Positions 13,001 through 43,578 of a DNA stretch of 64,000 bases are shown one piece after another. The stretch is from Salpingoeca rosetta. Its lineage: Eukaryota; Protista; Choanoflagellata. Under the pieces are notes generated by a model. It was given only the letters and a program-made list of their open reading frames with translations. It searched no databases and was not told where the DNA came from. The position numbers and the translations under genes are program-made. Numbering within the stretch: position 1 is the first letter of the stretch; every line of letters starts with the position of its first letter. The stretch is from positions 574,617 to 638,616 of the forward strand of contig JAWQFM010000018.1 of the NCBI GenBank assembly GCA_033442325.1, in the 5' to 3' direction.

Positions 13001-13563
13001 GCCAAGGGCCATCACACACAAGCACAACTTAGCGATGAACCATCAGTACAGCTCTGTAAAGAATTGGACATAAACATGAAAAGGTTGCAAAGGTGATGTT
13101 GTCAGGTACCAACACCTGAGCGGCAAACACAGCACACCTCAAAGTCCGAAAAAGGGATGGGTTTCTCAGTAGAGCCGTGGCAAGGTCTTGGCACGTCTCT
13201 TGCGACAGTCCGGCAGCAATTAAGCTTCCAGCACAGCATGCACATTGGGCAATGAATTACATGATGTAAGAGAAGAAGAGAGAAACAGCAATGATGAGCC
13301 AAACAAATTTGCTTGTGAGCTGTGCAGACCACCGAATGCATATCCAAGATAAGGCAAGAGGGCAAAACGGGAGGCACCATGTGCGATTGTGAGCATGAAC
13401 ATCTGAACATGCGGTTACACCAAGCAAGACAGCACAAGAAGCTAAGAAGAACTCACTTCACTGTATCTCCGCAGGATCCATTCTCGATGGACTGGATCAC
13501 GTTTTGAAACCAGATAGGAAACGTGTCGTCCTCCAGCGGCCCATCTTGACTTTGTGAGTCCAT
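10021..13563 (-). pseudogene. ROCO-family gene (RI-like LRRs - Roc GTPase with SAM-like insert - COR - C-terminal DED-like domain), disrupted in this sequence
   Basis: Exons 13563-13457, 13224-13138, 12960-12877, 12662-12573 (GC donor), then 12337 onward. LRR exons LSGNTFGPDGMRALAPALGKLQRLQSL and LRGNIFGSDGMRLRALVPVLGQLQNLQSL. Pre-Roc YPPPSIVKAG. Roc motifs TEGVHVDEW, RFDLWDFAGQ, VYILVFD, LVATKTD. COR motifs VP.AY, FLHDAGVL, WLSKLM, YTFPALL. No GxxxxGK P-loop; frame breaks at ~12218 and ~11445. Confidence 0.8.
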
Positions 13564-13624
13564 CGTACTCGTGTGTGTTGTTGTTGTTGTTGTTGTTGGA
13601 GTGTGTGTGTGTGTGTTGTTGTTG

Positions 13625-13689
<65 letters not shown>

Positions 13690-13837
13690 TGCTTCCTCTG
13701 TCTCCTTTTTTTCCTTCTTCCTTCTCCCCTTTTTTCCTTGGAGTGGCTGTTGCGTTTTGGCGGACGAAAGAAAATTCGCGACCACACTCGCCAGTCGGCA
13801 TCAGTTGCCTGCAAGCAAAACAAGCCAAAAGACGAAG
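13564..13837. promoter_or_regulatory. Putative shared bidirectional promoter/5'UTR region of the ROCO and DED-PNP genes
   Basis: Only 274 bp separate divergent ATGs at 13563 (-) and 13838 (+); about half is (TTG)n/(TG)n microsatellite. Confidence 0.55.
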
Positions 13838-21919
<8,082 letters not shown>

Positions 21920-22307
21920 TGTGCATGCATCTCCACTGCCACTTGTGTCATCATGCTGTCTTATTGTCTTCCTCTCTTGTTGTCATGCTTTCCACTGCAC
22001 TGCAATGCTTGCGTGAGTCTTTGCGTGCGTGTTTCGGTTTGAGCGTTTGTTTACTTGTTGTTGTGCATGAACAAGATGTGTGACATTGTGATACAAAGCA
22101 ATACATCAAATCAACAAAGCTATCCTTGTGTGTGCGCGACACACTGCCCTCATTACCATTCGTCTCTCTCTCTCTCTCTCTGACAATGCCAGCGTTCATG
22201 TACACACCCAAAACCCCGCTCTCGTCTTTACACACAGCTGTTCATTCACCATAGTCAGCCCAGCAAACACACTCCGCTTCTGAAACCCCTTTCACCTCTC
22301 CCGCCTC

Positions 22308-32316
<10,009 letters not shown>

Positions 32317-33713
32317 TAATGAGTATGAGTATGCGTGTGCGTGTGTGTGTGTGTGTTGGATGAGTGGATGGGTGTGTCAGTATGTGTGTGTGTATGCAAA
32401 CAGTTACACGCATGCGTCAGAGTGTGACTTTGACAACTGCAAAACACATGACTCACATCACTGTCTGCGCAGGTGCCGCCACTATGGAGCGACCTGTTTG
32501 GCGTGTGCGTGTGTGTGGGTGCGTGGTGTCAGCAGCGTGAGTTTGAGCACAGCGAAGATCGAATGCGCAGCCACGCAACCAGCTCCCCACTCGCCCTTGC
32601 CCCAACCACAAAACAACAACACACAACCACAGCGATGCAAACATCACCACACTCGTACGACGCACATGTTGGTGTGGATGTAGCGGGGAGGGGGTACTGC
32701 CTCTCCCTTGCTGTCTTGCTGCCGTGCTCCCTTGCTGTCACTCTCTCTCTCTCACACACACACTCTCCTCGTACTCACTCACTGACTCACCCACGCACTC
32801 ACGCACACACTCCCTCACCCACTGCTGACAAGTTCACCGCCTCCCTCGCTCACGGGATTCCCCTTATCTCCGTCGGCAGGCTGTTGCAACTTTGCGCACC
32901 CCAAGCACCGAGCACAAGCAAAACAAGTGCTTGAATTGCGCTCCCCCGTTGTCTTCGTCGCTCCCACTCGCTTGTCCTCCGTGCTCCGTGCTCCGTGCTC
33001 CGTGCTCCGTGCTTCTTGCGGCTTGCTTTTGCGTTTGACGGTGTGGCGTGTGTGTTGCTTCTTGGATGCTCTCGACACTCGGCAACAGAGCAGTTTGCGA
33101 AGCAAGCAGAGTACTGTGTGCGCGCACCAGCAAACGCCACCTCTCCTTCCCCTTCGCCACTCCACTTCGCTGCCCCACGTTAAACTTGCGTCGTATCAAC
33201 CCGCACCGCCTGCCACGAAACGAAACAATCGGGATTCCATGCACCTCTAACGAAGCTGCAGATGAATCGCGAACATCTCCCACCACAAATCGTCTCACAC
33301 ACAAACATCAGCCTCCAGCCAGCCATCACACTATTCTTTTTTTGGCTGAGAGAAGCAGTCAGTCAGTCAACGCAACGCTTTCCCTTTCCACGAGCAAGCA
33401 AGCCAGGAAGACGAACAAGGAAGACGACAGCGAGGTGAGGGAAGGAGAAGCGCGGTCGCCCCTGAGTTCAGGGGGTTGGTGTTGTCGTTGGTGAGGTTGG
33501 TGAGGTTGGTTGGTTGGTTGGTCTATCTGGTTGGTTGGTCTATCGTTTCCCATTACATTGTCGCACTTCGTTTGGGAGCGTCGTGCGTTGCCAGTTTCCT
33601 CTTCCTGTCGTTGTGTGTGCTGTTGAGTGTGCTTCATTCTCATCGCACAAACCGCGCGCGCTTGCACAGGTGCATCCAACAATTACACACACACACACAC
33701 ATCCACAACAACG

Positions 33714-35867
33714 ATGGCCAAGTCAAGTGAGTGCGTGTGCAGCTGCTTTCGTGTCTGCTTTCGTTCGATGCGTGCACATGTGCGTGTGGATGTGTGTGTG
33801 TGTGTGGGGGGGGATTTGTGGGAATATGTGGATGCACATGTGCGTGTGGATGTGTGGATGTGTGGATGCACATGTGTGTGTGTGTGGATGTGTGGATGCA
33901 CATGTGCGTATCGCATTCGTGTGAGTGTGGAAGCCGCGGTGGCAAACAGCTAGCTCGCCCCAATCGATTGACGTGTGCATCGTGAACCGTCTGCCTGTCC
34001 TCTTTTTTTTTTTTTTGTGTCAAGAAGGGTCTGACCGCCCTGGCGGTCCCATGGTTTCCGAGGCGGGAAAGGACCACGTCATCTTCTCCAAGAAGCTGCT
34101 CCTCTCCATCGGTATGCGCGCGTGTGTGTTTGCGGATGTGCGTGTGGATGTTTGCAGTTGTTTGTACGTGTTTGTACGTGTGTGTGTGTGGATGTTTGCA
34201 GTTGTTTGTATGCGTGTGTGGATGAGTGCGTGACGTTCTTTGTTTGCATTTGCGATGCTGTACTTGTTGCAAGCGGAGTTGTTTTGCTGTCTACACGTCA
34301 CCTCACGTGTTCACACGATACAACCACACACACACGCACACGCACGCACACACACACACGCACATGCACATGTCACACACGCACATGTCTCACACACACT
34401 TACACACACACACACACCCACCCACACACACGCTACCCCCTCCCCCTCTTTTCTTGTAGCGGTGGTGCTGATTGTGACTGCGTTTCTGTTCTTTACGGTG
34501 GAGCAATCGCGGATTGCGGGGAACATTGCCAAGAGCAAGAAGGCGCTGGAGCAGAACGCGGCCGTCAAGGACGCAAACACCAAACTGGAACAGGCAAAGA
34601 ACGAGCTTCAGGCAGAAGAAGACGAGTGAGTTTGGAATTGGAAGCGCAGACAATGCACGCGTGCATGCTTGCATGCTGCGTCGTGGCGGATGTGTATGTA
34701 CTGGGTGGTTTGGGGGGGGGAAGGAGCGGGGGAAGAGATGGACAGCAGCGACAAGCAGCGACAGCAGGAGCGCCCTGTGTGGGCACACTTTGATGCACGT
34801 TGCATGCACGCAAGAGTGCGCGAAAAGAGATCTGGCTCGCTCACGTGGATCCATTTTATTCACACACACACACACACACAATCACACACATCACACACAC
34901 ACATATCATCACATTGTGCCCTGCGCCCTGCTCACACACACACACACAACCACACACAACCACACACATCACATACACACATATCACTGCACACTGAATC
35001 CTGCACACCAGACTGGTGAATCTGTATTCGCAATGGCTGGACGAGGACAGCACGGAGCTTGAACTATCACAGGAGCAGCTGGCACAACTCAAGGCGCAGC
35101 TCAAGTCGGTCACGGAACGCGTCTCGGACAACAGCGCCCAGCTCGACGCCAAGTCGTCCACCCTCCAGGAGAAGGAGGAGAGGCTGGCGGTGTGTTTTCC
35201 AGCTGCACAGCAAGCAGCAGATCGTTTTTGCCTTGTTTTTATTTTTATTTCTTTGCGGGGAAGGGGTGGCGAGAGACACGGGAATGGAGGGAGTGAACAG
35301 AGTGTGAAGTGGAGGCTGGTGTTGTCGTTGTTTGTAGTTTGATGTGTGGGACTTGATGCATGTGCTGCCATCTCTCCCACTTTGCCTCATACGCAACACA
35401 CACACGCACGCACACACACACAGGCGTACCAGTTTAAGATCCAGCAGAAGCAGGCGTTTATTGAGCAGCTTGCGGACATTTTGGCGCAGCTCAACTCGTC
35501 TGTGCCGAAGAAGGGCATTGCCATTGATGAGCAGGTCGATGACCTCATCTGGGACGACGAATTCGAGGTGCGTGTGCGTGGGTGTGAGGGGTTGGTTTGC
35601 TTGTGTGTGTGTGTGTGTGTGTGCGTGTGTGTGTGTGTGTGTGTGCGTGTGCGTGTGTGTGTGCTGCGGGCCATCGTGGCTGTTTACATGCACGACGATA
35701 GTGCATGTGCGGCCACTGTACTTCTCCAGCATACCCCGCTCACCCATCATACCCTTGATCACAACACGTAACACACACACACGCGCAATCAGGCTGATGA
35801 TGACTTTGCGTATGACGAGTTCTACGCGGGCGATGATGACTGGCTCGATGATGGCACGGAATGGTAG
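33714..35867 (+). CDS. Small type-II membrane coiled-coil protein with acidic aromatic C-terminus, ~6 exons
   Basis: MAKS | ...HVIFSKKLLLSI | AVVLIVTAFLFFTV (TM) EQSRIAGNIAKSKKALEQ... | heptad-rich exons | ADDDFAYDEFYAGDDDWLDDGTEW*; GT..AG introns. Confidence 0.7.
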
Positions 35868-36465
35868 ATGGAATGATGACAAATCAGGGAGCAACCTCCT
35901 GCAAACCCCAAAGGGAGCGGTTAACCTTTCCACGCTTCCTCTCGCCCCATTAGCACGCATGTCGCTGGTCCCGTTCTTTTTGTCTTTTTTTTTTTTGTGT
36001 GTGTGTGTGCGTGTGCGTGTGTATGTGTGTGTGTGTCGTCGTTGGTTTGTCTCTTTTTTTGTCCTTTTATCGTTTGTCGTTTAGTGTGGTCTGTTTGCGG
36101 TGTTTGTTCCTTTGCTTCAACCCTCCTTTGTTGTACCTTTGTTCTGCTCGTCTGCTCGTCTGCTCGTCTGGCATTTGCTTGCTTGCCAACTTGCTTGCCT
36201 GTCCACCTTCCTTGTCCCTTCCCAGCATTGACTCGTTTGTTTCTTACCTGTGCTGTGCGATAGGCCGCAGGCACTCATGTGCAGGGATTGGTTGTGTGTG
36301 CGTGTGTTGTTTGTCGTTGTCATTTCATCTGTGTGTGTGTGTGTCTGCATGCGTGCGTCCTGTGCGTGTGTCTGTATGCGTGTGTTTGGTGTTGTTCCCC
36401 CCTCCTCTTCTCCTTCTCTCATTCGTGCAATTTGAAAACAACACCAGAAGAAGCAACTGCAACGC

Positions 36466-36516
<51 letters not shown>

Positions 36517-38219
36517 GCAACAACAACAACGCCGTCGTCATTGCTGCTGTCTACTGGCTGGCCACCTTCCCCTGCGCACACTGCCCGCCCCAAACACGAC
36601 CAATCCAACCCATATCAAAACGGACAACCCAAACAACCCCACCACAACACACAACAACGATCACGTCTTGCGCCTGCATCGTGCATGAACCGTTGCAACT
36701 GCCGGTGTTGCTGCTGCTGCTGTTGTTTGTTGTTGCTGCTGGTGTTTGTTGTTGTGGACACAACCAACCGCAGCAGCAGCAAAACACACCAACCGTTGTT
36801 GTTTTCTCACATCCATCAATCAAGCAACACAACCCAAAACAAAGTTTTGGTTTGATGGCAGGCCGTTTGCTTCACAGCCACAAACAACAGCAACACGCAC
36901 AAACAGCAGCAACAGCAGCAACACGCACAACGGTTTCCTGTTGTTTTTTTCCTGGTGCTTCGCTGTGTTGATCGTGCTTTTTTTTTTTTTTTGCTTCGCC
37001 ACGCTGAATGACGTGTGTTTTGCTGCTTCGACACTTGTTTGCTTGCACTTTCACACACACACCACCTCTCGCACGACATGCCTGCACACGCTACCCCCAT
37101 CCCCCAAACAAAAAAAAGCAAAACACCTTCTCCGATGTGTCCCACCTGTTTTCCCCCCCCCCCCAAGCCACCGCAACAGAAAGCAAGAAAGCAAGACGTA
37201 TCGCCGCCATAATTTCGCATCAGCAGCAGCAGGTGGCTGTTGTGGTTGTGTCCGTCTTTCCGTTCGCGACTGCGGCGGCAAGTATTGCGTCTGCAAGCAC
37301 GAGTGGCGTATGCCCCACTGCCACGTTCGCGTCGAAACGTGATTTTGGCATATCTTCCATAAAGTCCCGGTGCACCATTTCATCATCCGCACTGCTTGCT
37401 CATGTGACGCACTGGCGTTGTTTGTGCCCAAGCAACAATAACTGCAGCCAAAGGCGCTAGGCACAGCAAAACCGTCCCACTGTTTTTGTGCGCGCATGTG
37501 TGCCCGTACGTGGTAAGTGCCTTGTGTATGTGTATGTGCGTTTCCCCTGTCTTGCTTTTGCTTGGAGGAATCAGCAGATTATTTGCCTTTCGTTCTTGCT
37601 TGCTTGCATTGCTAGTGGGAGGCGTTGTGTGGGAGTTGCGGTTGCTTCATCATCGTGCTGCTATTTTTCCCCCCTTTGTGCGGTGTTGGTTGGTTGTGCG
37701 TGTCGTCTCTGTTTCGTTGGTTGGTGCGGTTGGTTTGGTGTGTTTGTGCCACTTTCTCCCTTCCGCAAACAAACACCAAAACACCCCCTTGTGTGTGCCT
37801 CCACCACCACCGCTTACAGTGTCGAGCAACACCACCAAGCGAACCCCCCTCTCCTTTCTTCTTCTTCTCCTCCTCCCCTCCCTCACCCTCGCTTCTCTCT
37901 TTGACCAACGCGGTTCTCAACACCGCACGACCACCACCACCACTTTGCCGTGGGTTCGTGACCCTGTCATCGTCGTCAGAACCTGACTACTCCTCCACCG
38001 TCGACCATATCCATTGTAAGAAGCAAAGCAACACACACACACACGCACACGCACACACGCAGACCAACACACGACACGAACCACCGCCAAACAAGTGCCA
38101 TTGTTGCATCGCGCTTTCCATTTGTTCACCCATGCGTGCGTGTCGCTTTCACCTTTGTTTGCCTTTCCCGCCTCCTCTTTCCCACCGTCCCACCGCCATC
38201 ACCATCCTGTCCGAAGCTG

Positions 38220-38252
<33 letters not shown>

Positions 38253-38777
38253 CTCTCTTGCCTGCCCTTGCTGTTGCCTGCACGTTCATGTTCATGCTGC
38301 ACACACACACACACACACAGACAAACAGATAGACAGACAGACAGACAGACAAACAGAACAAGCAGCTTCCTGGCTCATTTCAGCTGTCAACCAGCCTCGT
38401 TGCAACTACACAAACGAGAAAGGTAACGCACCGCCTAAGCATCATCAGCACCACCACCACCTCCACAAACCCAGCAGTGCCCATTGCGTTCGTCTCCTGC
38501 TGTGCACCTCCCTCCCTTCCTTCCTTCCCTTCTTGACTTGCTTGTTTGCTGCGCCTTTCCATGCAAGGGGTTTCATTTTTTTCTCTTGAACCAGTCGTCG
38601 TGCACTTCTTTCTTTCTTGGTCGTGCGTGCCCCCAACCACGCCACCACCCCTTGCCCTCGCATACCGCCCTTCCATCGCATCTCATCTCATCTCCACCTC
38701 ATCTCATTTCATCTGTCGATTTCCCCCTCACGCCTCTATCCACCACCAATCCTCGTGCACCACACACACACACACAT

Positions 38778-39101
38778 ATGCCCAGAACCAGCAACATGGA
38801 TACGTTTGCGCTCAACAGCAAGGGCAGCAAGATCCACATCACATACGCGGTATGGCTGACTTGCTTGTTGATGATGTATCCTTGCATGCATGCTTGATTC
38901 CTGTGGTTTGTGTGTGTGTGTGTGTGTTGCTGCTTGCTTTCCTTTGAGCTGGCTGCTTGTCTGTGTCTGTGTGTCTTTTCGGCTTGTCGTTCTACCTCTT
39001 GCTGCCTCCGAAAGTAGCCCCTTGCGCGCTCTCTTGCACTCTCACATGCACACACACATTCACACTCACATGCACGCACACACACACATTCACACTCACA
39101 T

Positions 39102-39162
<61 letters not shown>

Positions 39163-39564
39163 GCCTGATTGCGCTTGCGCTGCACACAAGCGAGACGGGT
39201 GCGCTGCGCACGGCACAAATCTACTCGTTTGTGCGCCGCGGCCTGCCCTTTGTGCAGTCCAAGAGCACCAAAGGGTTTGAGAACTCAGTGCGCCACAACC
39301 TCTCCATGCGCACCAGCTTCTACCAAGAATCTGGCGCCAACGGGTCGTTTGCCTGGAACCACGACTCGCCGCACCCGGAGCACAGGCCGGGCTTGGGCGG
39401 ACTCTGGCGCCTCAGAGACACAGACAAGCTGCCCGTTCACGGCAGGCGCCTGCTCGAGCTCTACCAGCACCTCGAACGCACCACCCAGATGGAGGTCGAC
39501 GACTTTTTCACCGCGTACGTCGACTGTCTATGCACGCATGCAACCAAAAAGGGGCAATTCAACC

Positions 39565-39635
<71 letters not shown>

Positions 39636-41732
39636 CAACTTGTGTTGTGCCTGTGATCTTGGGGCTGCGCGGTTTTTCTTTCTGTTGCGTTTCCACTACC
39701 CACTGACCTGGCCTACATTGGACCCCCATTTCTTCCCACCCTCCCAGCCACACACACTGCCCGCAACATGAAGCCCTCTTCCCTTTTTTCACACAGCCCT
39801 CACGCTCAACCTATCTGCATCATCATCATGCCACAACATCACCCTCCTTTGTCTGTTCTGTTTGTCTTTGTTTGTGTGCAGGATGCACTTGACACTGGTG
39901 GCCGGCACTGCGGGCGCGCAGAAGGCCCGCTCCGGCATCCCCATCATCCACCACCCGGATGGAACCACAGAACTGGCCACCCGCCCATCCACCACCAGCA
40001 AGTTCATCGCAGCCGCCATGGTCGACTCCACAATCCCACCTCCACCGCCAACAGCGGCGGCAGCAGCGGCGTAAGTCAAATCAACCCACCCCTTCACGCA
40101 TAACAAACCAAACAAACACAAGCAAAAGTCGCAACCAACGTGTTTGTGCCAACACTGCGACATCTCCTTTTCCTTTCCTTTTTTTTTTTTCGCCACACAC
40201 ACACACACACAACGCAACACAACGCAACGACTTGCGCCCATCTTGCTTTGTCATCATTTTCGATCATCATCACCACCTGTTTGCCCCAAGTCCTCCACAT
40301 TGCATCAACCACCAGACGGGCAAACGACACGCCCGCCCTAATTTGTTGTGCTTTTATCGTGTCGCTCACACCATTTTCAATGTATTTTGTGCTGTCGTTT
40401 TCTCCAAAATTTTCCTGGTTGGCCTGCGCTGACTTCTCCCCCCTTCCTCTTCCTCTTCCTCTCCCTCTTGCCCTCTTGCCCTCCCCCCTCTCTCTTCCAC
40501 CTCACTTCTGCAGTGCCGGCCTGAGCAAGCGCTCAAACTCAAACTCCAGCACGGCCTCCTCTGCGTCATCGGCGTCACTGTCGGCATCGGCATCATCAGC
40601 AAAGGCATCGTCAGCCATGGCCCGCTCACCACCGCACCAGCCGCTCGGAGAGGCAAGCAACGCCGCAAGCCCCAGCGCCTCCTCCACTTCTTCCGCTTCC
40701 GCTGCATCCCACCACGGCACAGAGCACCGCAGCAAGAAAAGCAAGAGCAAGAGCAAGAAGCAGCACAAGAGAAAGCACCGCCACCGCTCCCCAGAACAGC
40801 GCAACACCACCACCACCAGCTCCTCCTCCTCCACCGCTGTCACCGCCACCAACTTTCAGCCAGACCACCTCCACACCAAGCATTCGCACCACCACCACCA
40901 TCACCAGCACCAGCACCAAGGGCAAGGCGTGGCGCTCTTGGAGGACCACGACGGGCCTTCCTCGGGCTCCCGCTCATCCCCAAACGACTCCCCTCTCATG
41001 CACCATCGCAACCCCAACAGCTTGAGCTCCACCGACGCACACAGCCCGCCACAGAGCATGCCACACCTCACCGCTACGTCACCCGCCGGCATCAGCAACG
41101 CCTCGGCCGTCACCACGCCATCCACCGCCGCACCACACTCCCACGTCTTCCCAACGCTCCCCATGTTCTCGCAAGCGCTCATGAACCCCCAATTCCAGCA
41201 CATGCTCATGCTTCAGCAGCAACAGCAGCAGCAGCAGCGCGGTGCCAAGATGCCCGGTGGCATGCGCTTCAGTGCACCGTTTGATGCGCAGGCCATGGCC
41301 ATGACCGAGGAGCATGGCGGCGCCCTCCCCACCAAGCGCGCAAAGGTCGCACATCACCGCCAACACCAGCACCGCCGCCCAAGCGAAGAGCACCCGGGCC
41401 AGCAGAGCCATGCTGGGTCGGACGAGGACGACGCCTCCCAAAACAGCTCCCGTCCTTCCAGCGCAACCGGGCGAATGACCGCAGCACCGTCGCAGCTGCC
41501 ACCCCTGCCCCAGCAACAGCAACAGCAGCAGCAGCAGCAGCCGCAGACGCTGCCGGTCAGCGGTGACCTGTCCAAGGCCATGCCGTTTGGCTCAAACATG
41601 TCTGCGCCCTCGCAGTACCTCGCCTCCTTCTCCCACAACTTCGCCCCGAACATGCTCATGTACAACACGGCCGTCTCGCAGGCTGCACCCGTGGCCCCTT
41701 CCACGCACGCACGCACCGCTTTCACCCACTGA
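38778..41732 (+). CDS. Forkhead-box transcription factor with long Ser/His/Gln-rich C-terminus
   Basis: Spliced forkhead domain KIHITYA|GLIALALHTSETGALRTAQIYSFVRRGLPF...GFENSVRHNLS...F...GLGGLWRL. Exons ~38778-38849, 39162-39513, 39882-40070, 40513-41732. Confidence 0.85.
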
Positions 41733-43578
41733 ACAAACGGGGGCGATGGCAATCTCGGCAGCTCGTGACTTGCCGTGCGTAGAGCCGACCCAATCGTCAT
41801 TTTCCCTCAACCTAACACCCAAACCTTCAACCTTCACTTTCCTTTCTCCGGCATTACTCGCTGCCGCCTTTCTTTTTCACACACCCTCCATTCTTTCCTT
41901 TTATTCATCATGCCAAGCCTTCTTGGAACTCGTACTCCCCCATAATTGGCGTTTCTCCCCCTTCTCTCTTTGACCGGTTCCTTCCCCATCCATTCCGTTC
42001 TTCGTTCTCCCAACACACAAGCAAGTGAAGTGCACCCCCCTTTCACTTTTTCTCTTTCTTCTTCTGCTACACTAGGTTGTTGTCATTATCCCTTCCCCTT
42101 CCCCCCCTTTCCACGTCTCTTCTGTTGCTTCCATAATAGGGTGAGCTTGTGCTCAATCAATTTCTTTTCAGCGTGCTGGCTGGTGGTGGTGTTTTGCGAT
42201 GCTGCTGTCCTCATGGCGGTGTGGACACAGTGCGCATTCGTGTCACCACCATGTTTGCTTGCTCGCTGCTTTTATTTTTGTTTCCTTTCTTCTTTCGGCC
42301 CTTAGGAATGTAGCTGTTTAACTGGTGTCCTCTCCCCCTTTCGTTGTTGCTGTTGCTGTGATTTGTGCGCGTGTGTGTGCGTGTGTGTATGTAAGCGTAT
42401 GTGAGCGTGAGCAGCTGGGGCGAAGGCTCAGGCGTGCCCTGTGTCTTTCATTGTTCGGACTTGCCGGCATTGGCTGCGTCATCGGCACGCGTGGTGTGTG
42501 CGTGCGTGGTTTTGCTTCACAGCGTGCTTGTTGTGTATTCGCTGGTCGACCACTCTGTGGGTCTCTTCCACGCTGTAGCCGCAAAACACGCGTGCTTGCT
42601 TGCATGCAGCCTGCTGTTCAACCTGCATGCTCGTGCACGTGTTTGGTGCACTCTGCACGCTGCTTGACTTGGTTGTTCAGACGCTGTGTCCCGGGCTTCC
42701 CGTTGCCCCTCGCTTGTTGTGCTGCTTTTTTCTTCATGTCGTTGATCAAGCGTGCGTGGTCTAATTGGTTACATGGATGGATGGATGGTGCTTCTGCGAC
42801 ACCCATCCCTGCCTTGTGGCCCTGTACTATGCCCTCGTTGTGTCTCGTGTGCAGCGTGCTGCTTTACAGCTGCATACGACGAACGACGCGTTTTTGTTGT
42901 TGTTCGTTTCTTCTTATCTTTCGTGTTTGTGTTGGATGTTGTCGTTTGTAGTTGATGAACATCAACGCAACCAACCAACTGCCTCTTGTTTTTTTCCTCT
43001 CCCCCTCTCCCTCCGCCTCTGTTGTGCCCCGCCAACCCAGCCGACACATGGACTGTCCCGCTGCGTCGCCTGTACCCAACTGTGCAAGCAGCAGACCTCC
43101 TTCCTTTCTTTCCTTTCGTCAACCACGTTTTCCCGATTCGACTTACAACTCCTTGCGTCTTTGTTGATGCCACACGCTTCCGTGTTGGTTGCTCTCTTCC
43201 TCGTTCCCTTGTCCTCCTTGCCTTCCTTCCTTCCTCCCAAACCACACAACCACCTCCTTTTCTGTTGCCATTGTGTTTGTTTGTTGGCTCGCACACTCTT
43301 TTATTGCGCGGTGGTTGTGGCTCTTGAGGCACGAGTGGGGAGATGGGTTTTGTTGCTGCCGTTGATTAAACGCATCATCGTCACCTTACATTTCCAGCGA
43401 ACGCGCTAATGCAAGCAAGAGAGAGGGCGAGGGGTGGGGACAGAAGGGATGGCTGGAGCATGCGTCACGAAAGCCTACGAAACTTCACAAACTGCAAGGG
43501 CAACGAGTGACATGGAATGCAAGTTGTCGAGAGGAAGCAACACCTGTGTCATGGATGGTGTTTCAGCGTGGTGTGATG

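Noticed and set aside
32978-33012. (CCGTGCT)n heptamer run and similar short tandem repeats at 33770-33905 and 46010-46040
   Set aside because: Ordinary slippage repeats in UTR/intron sequence with no further structure.
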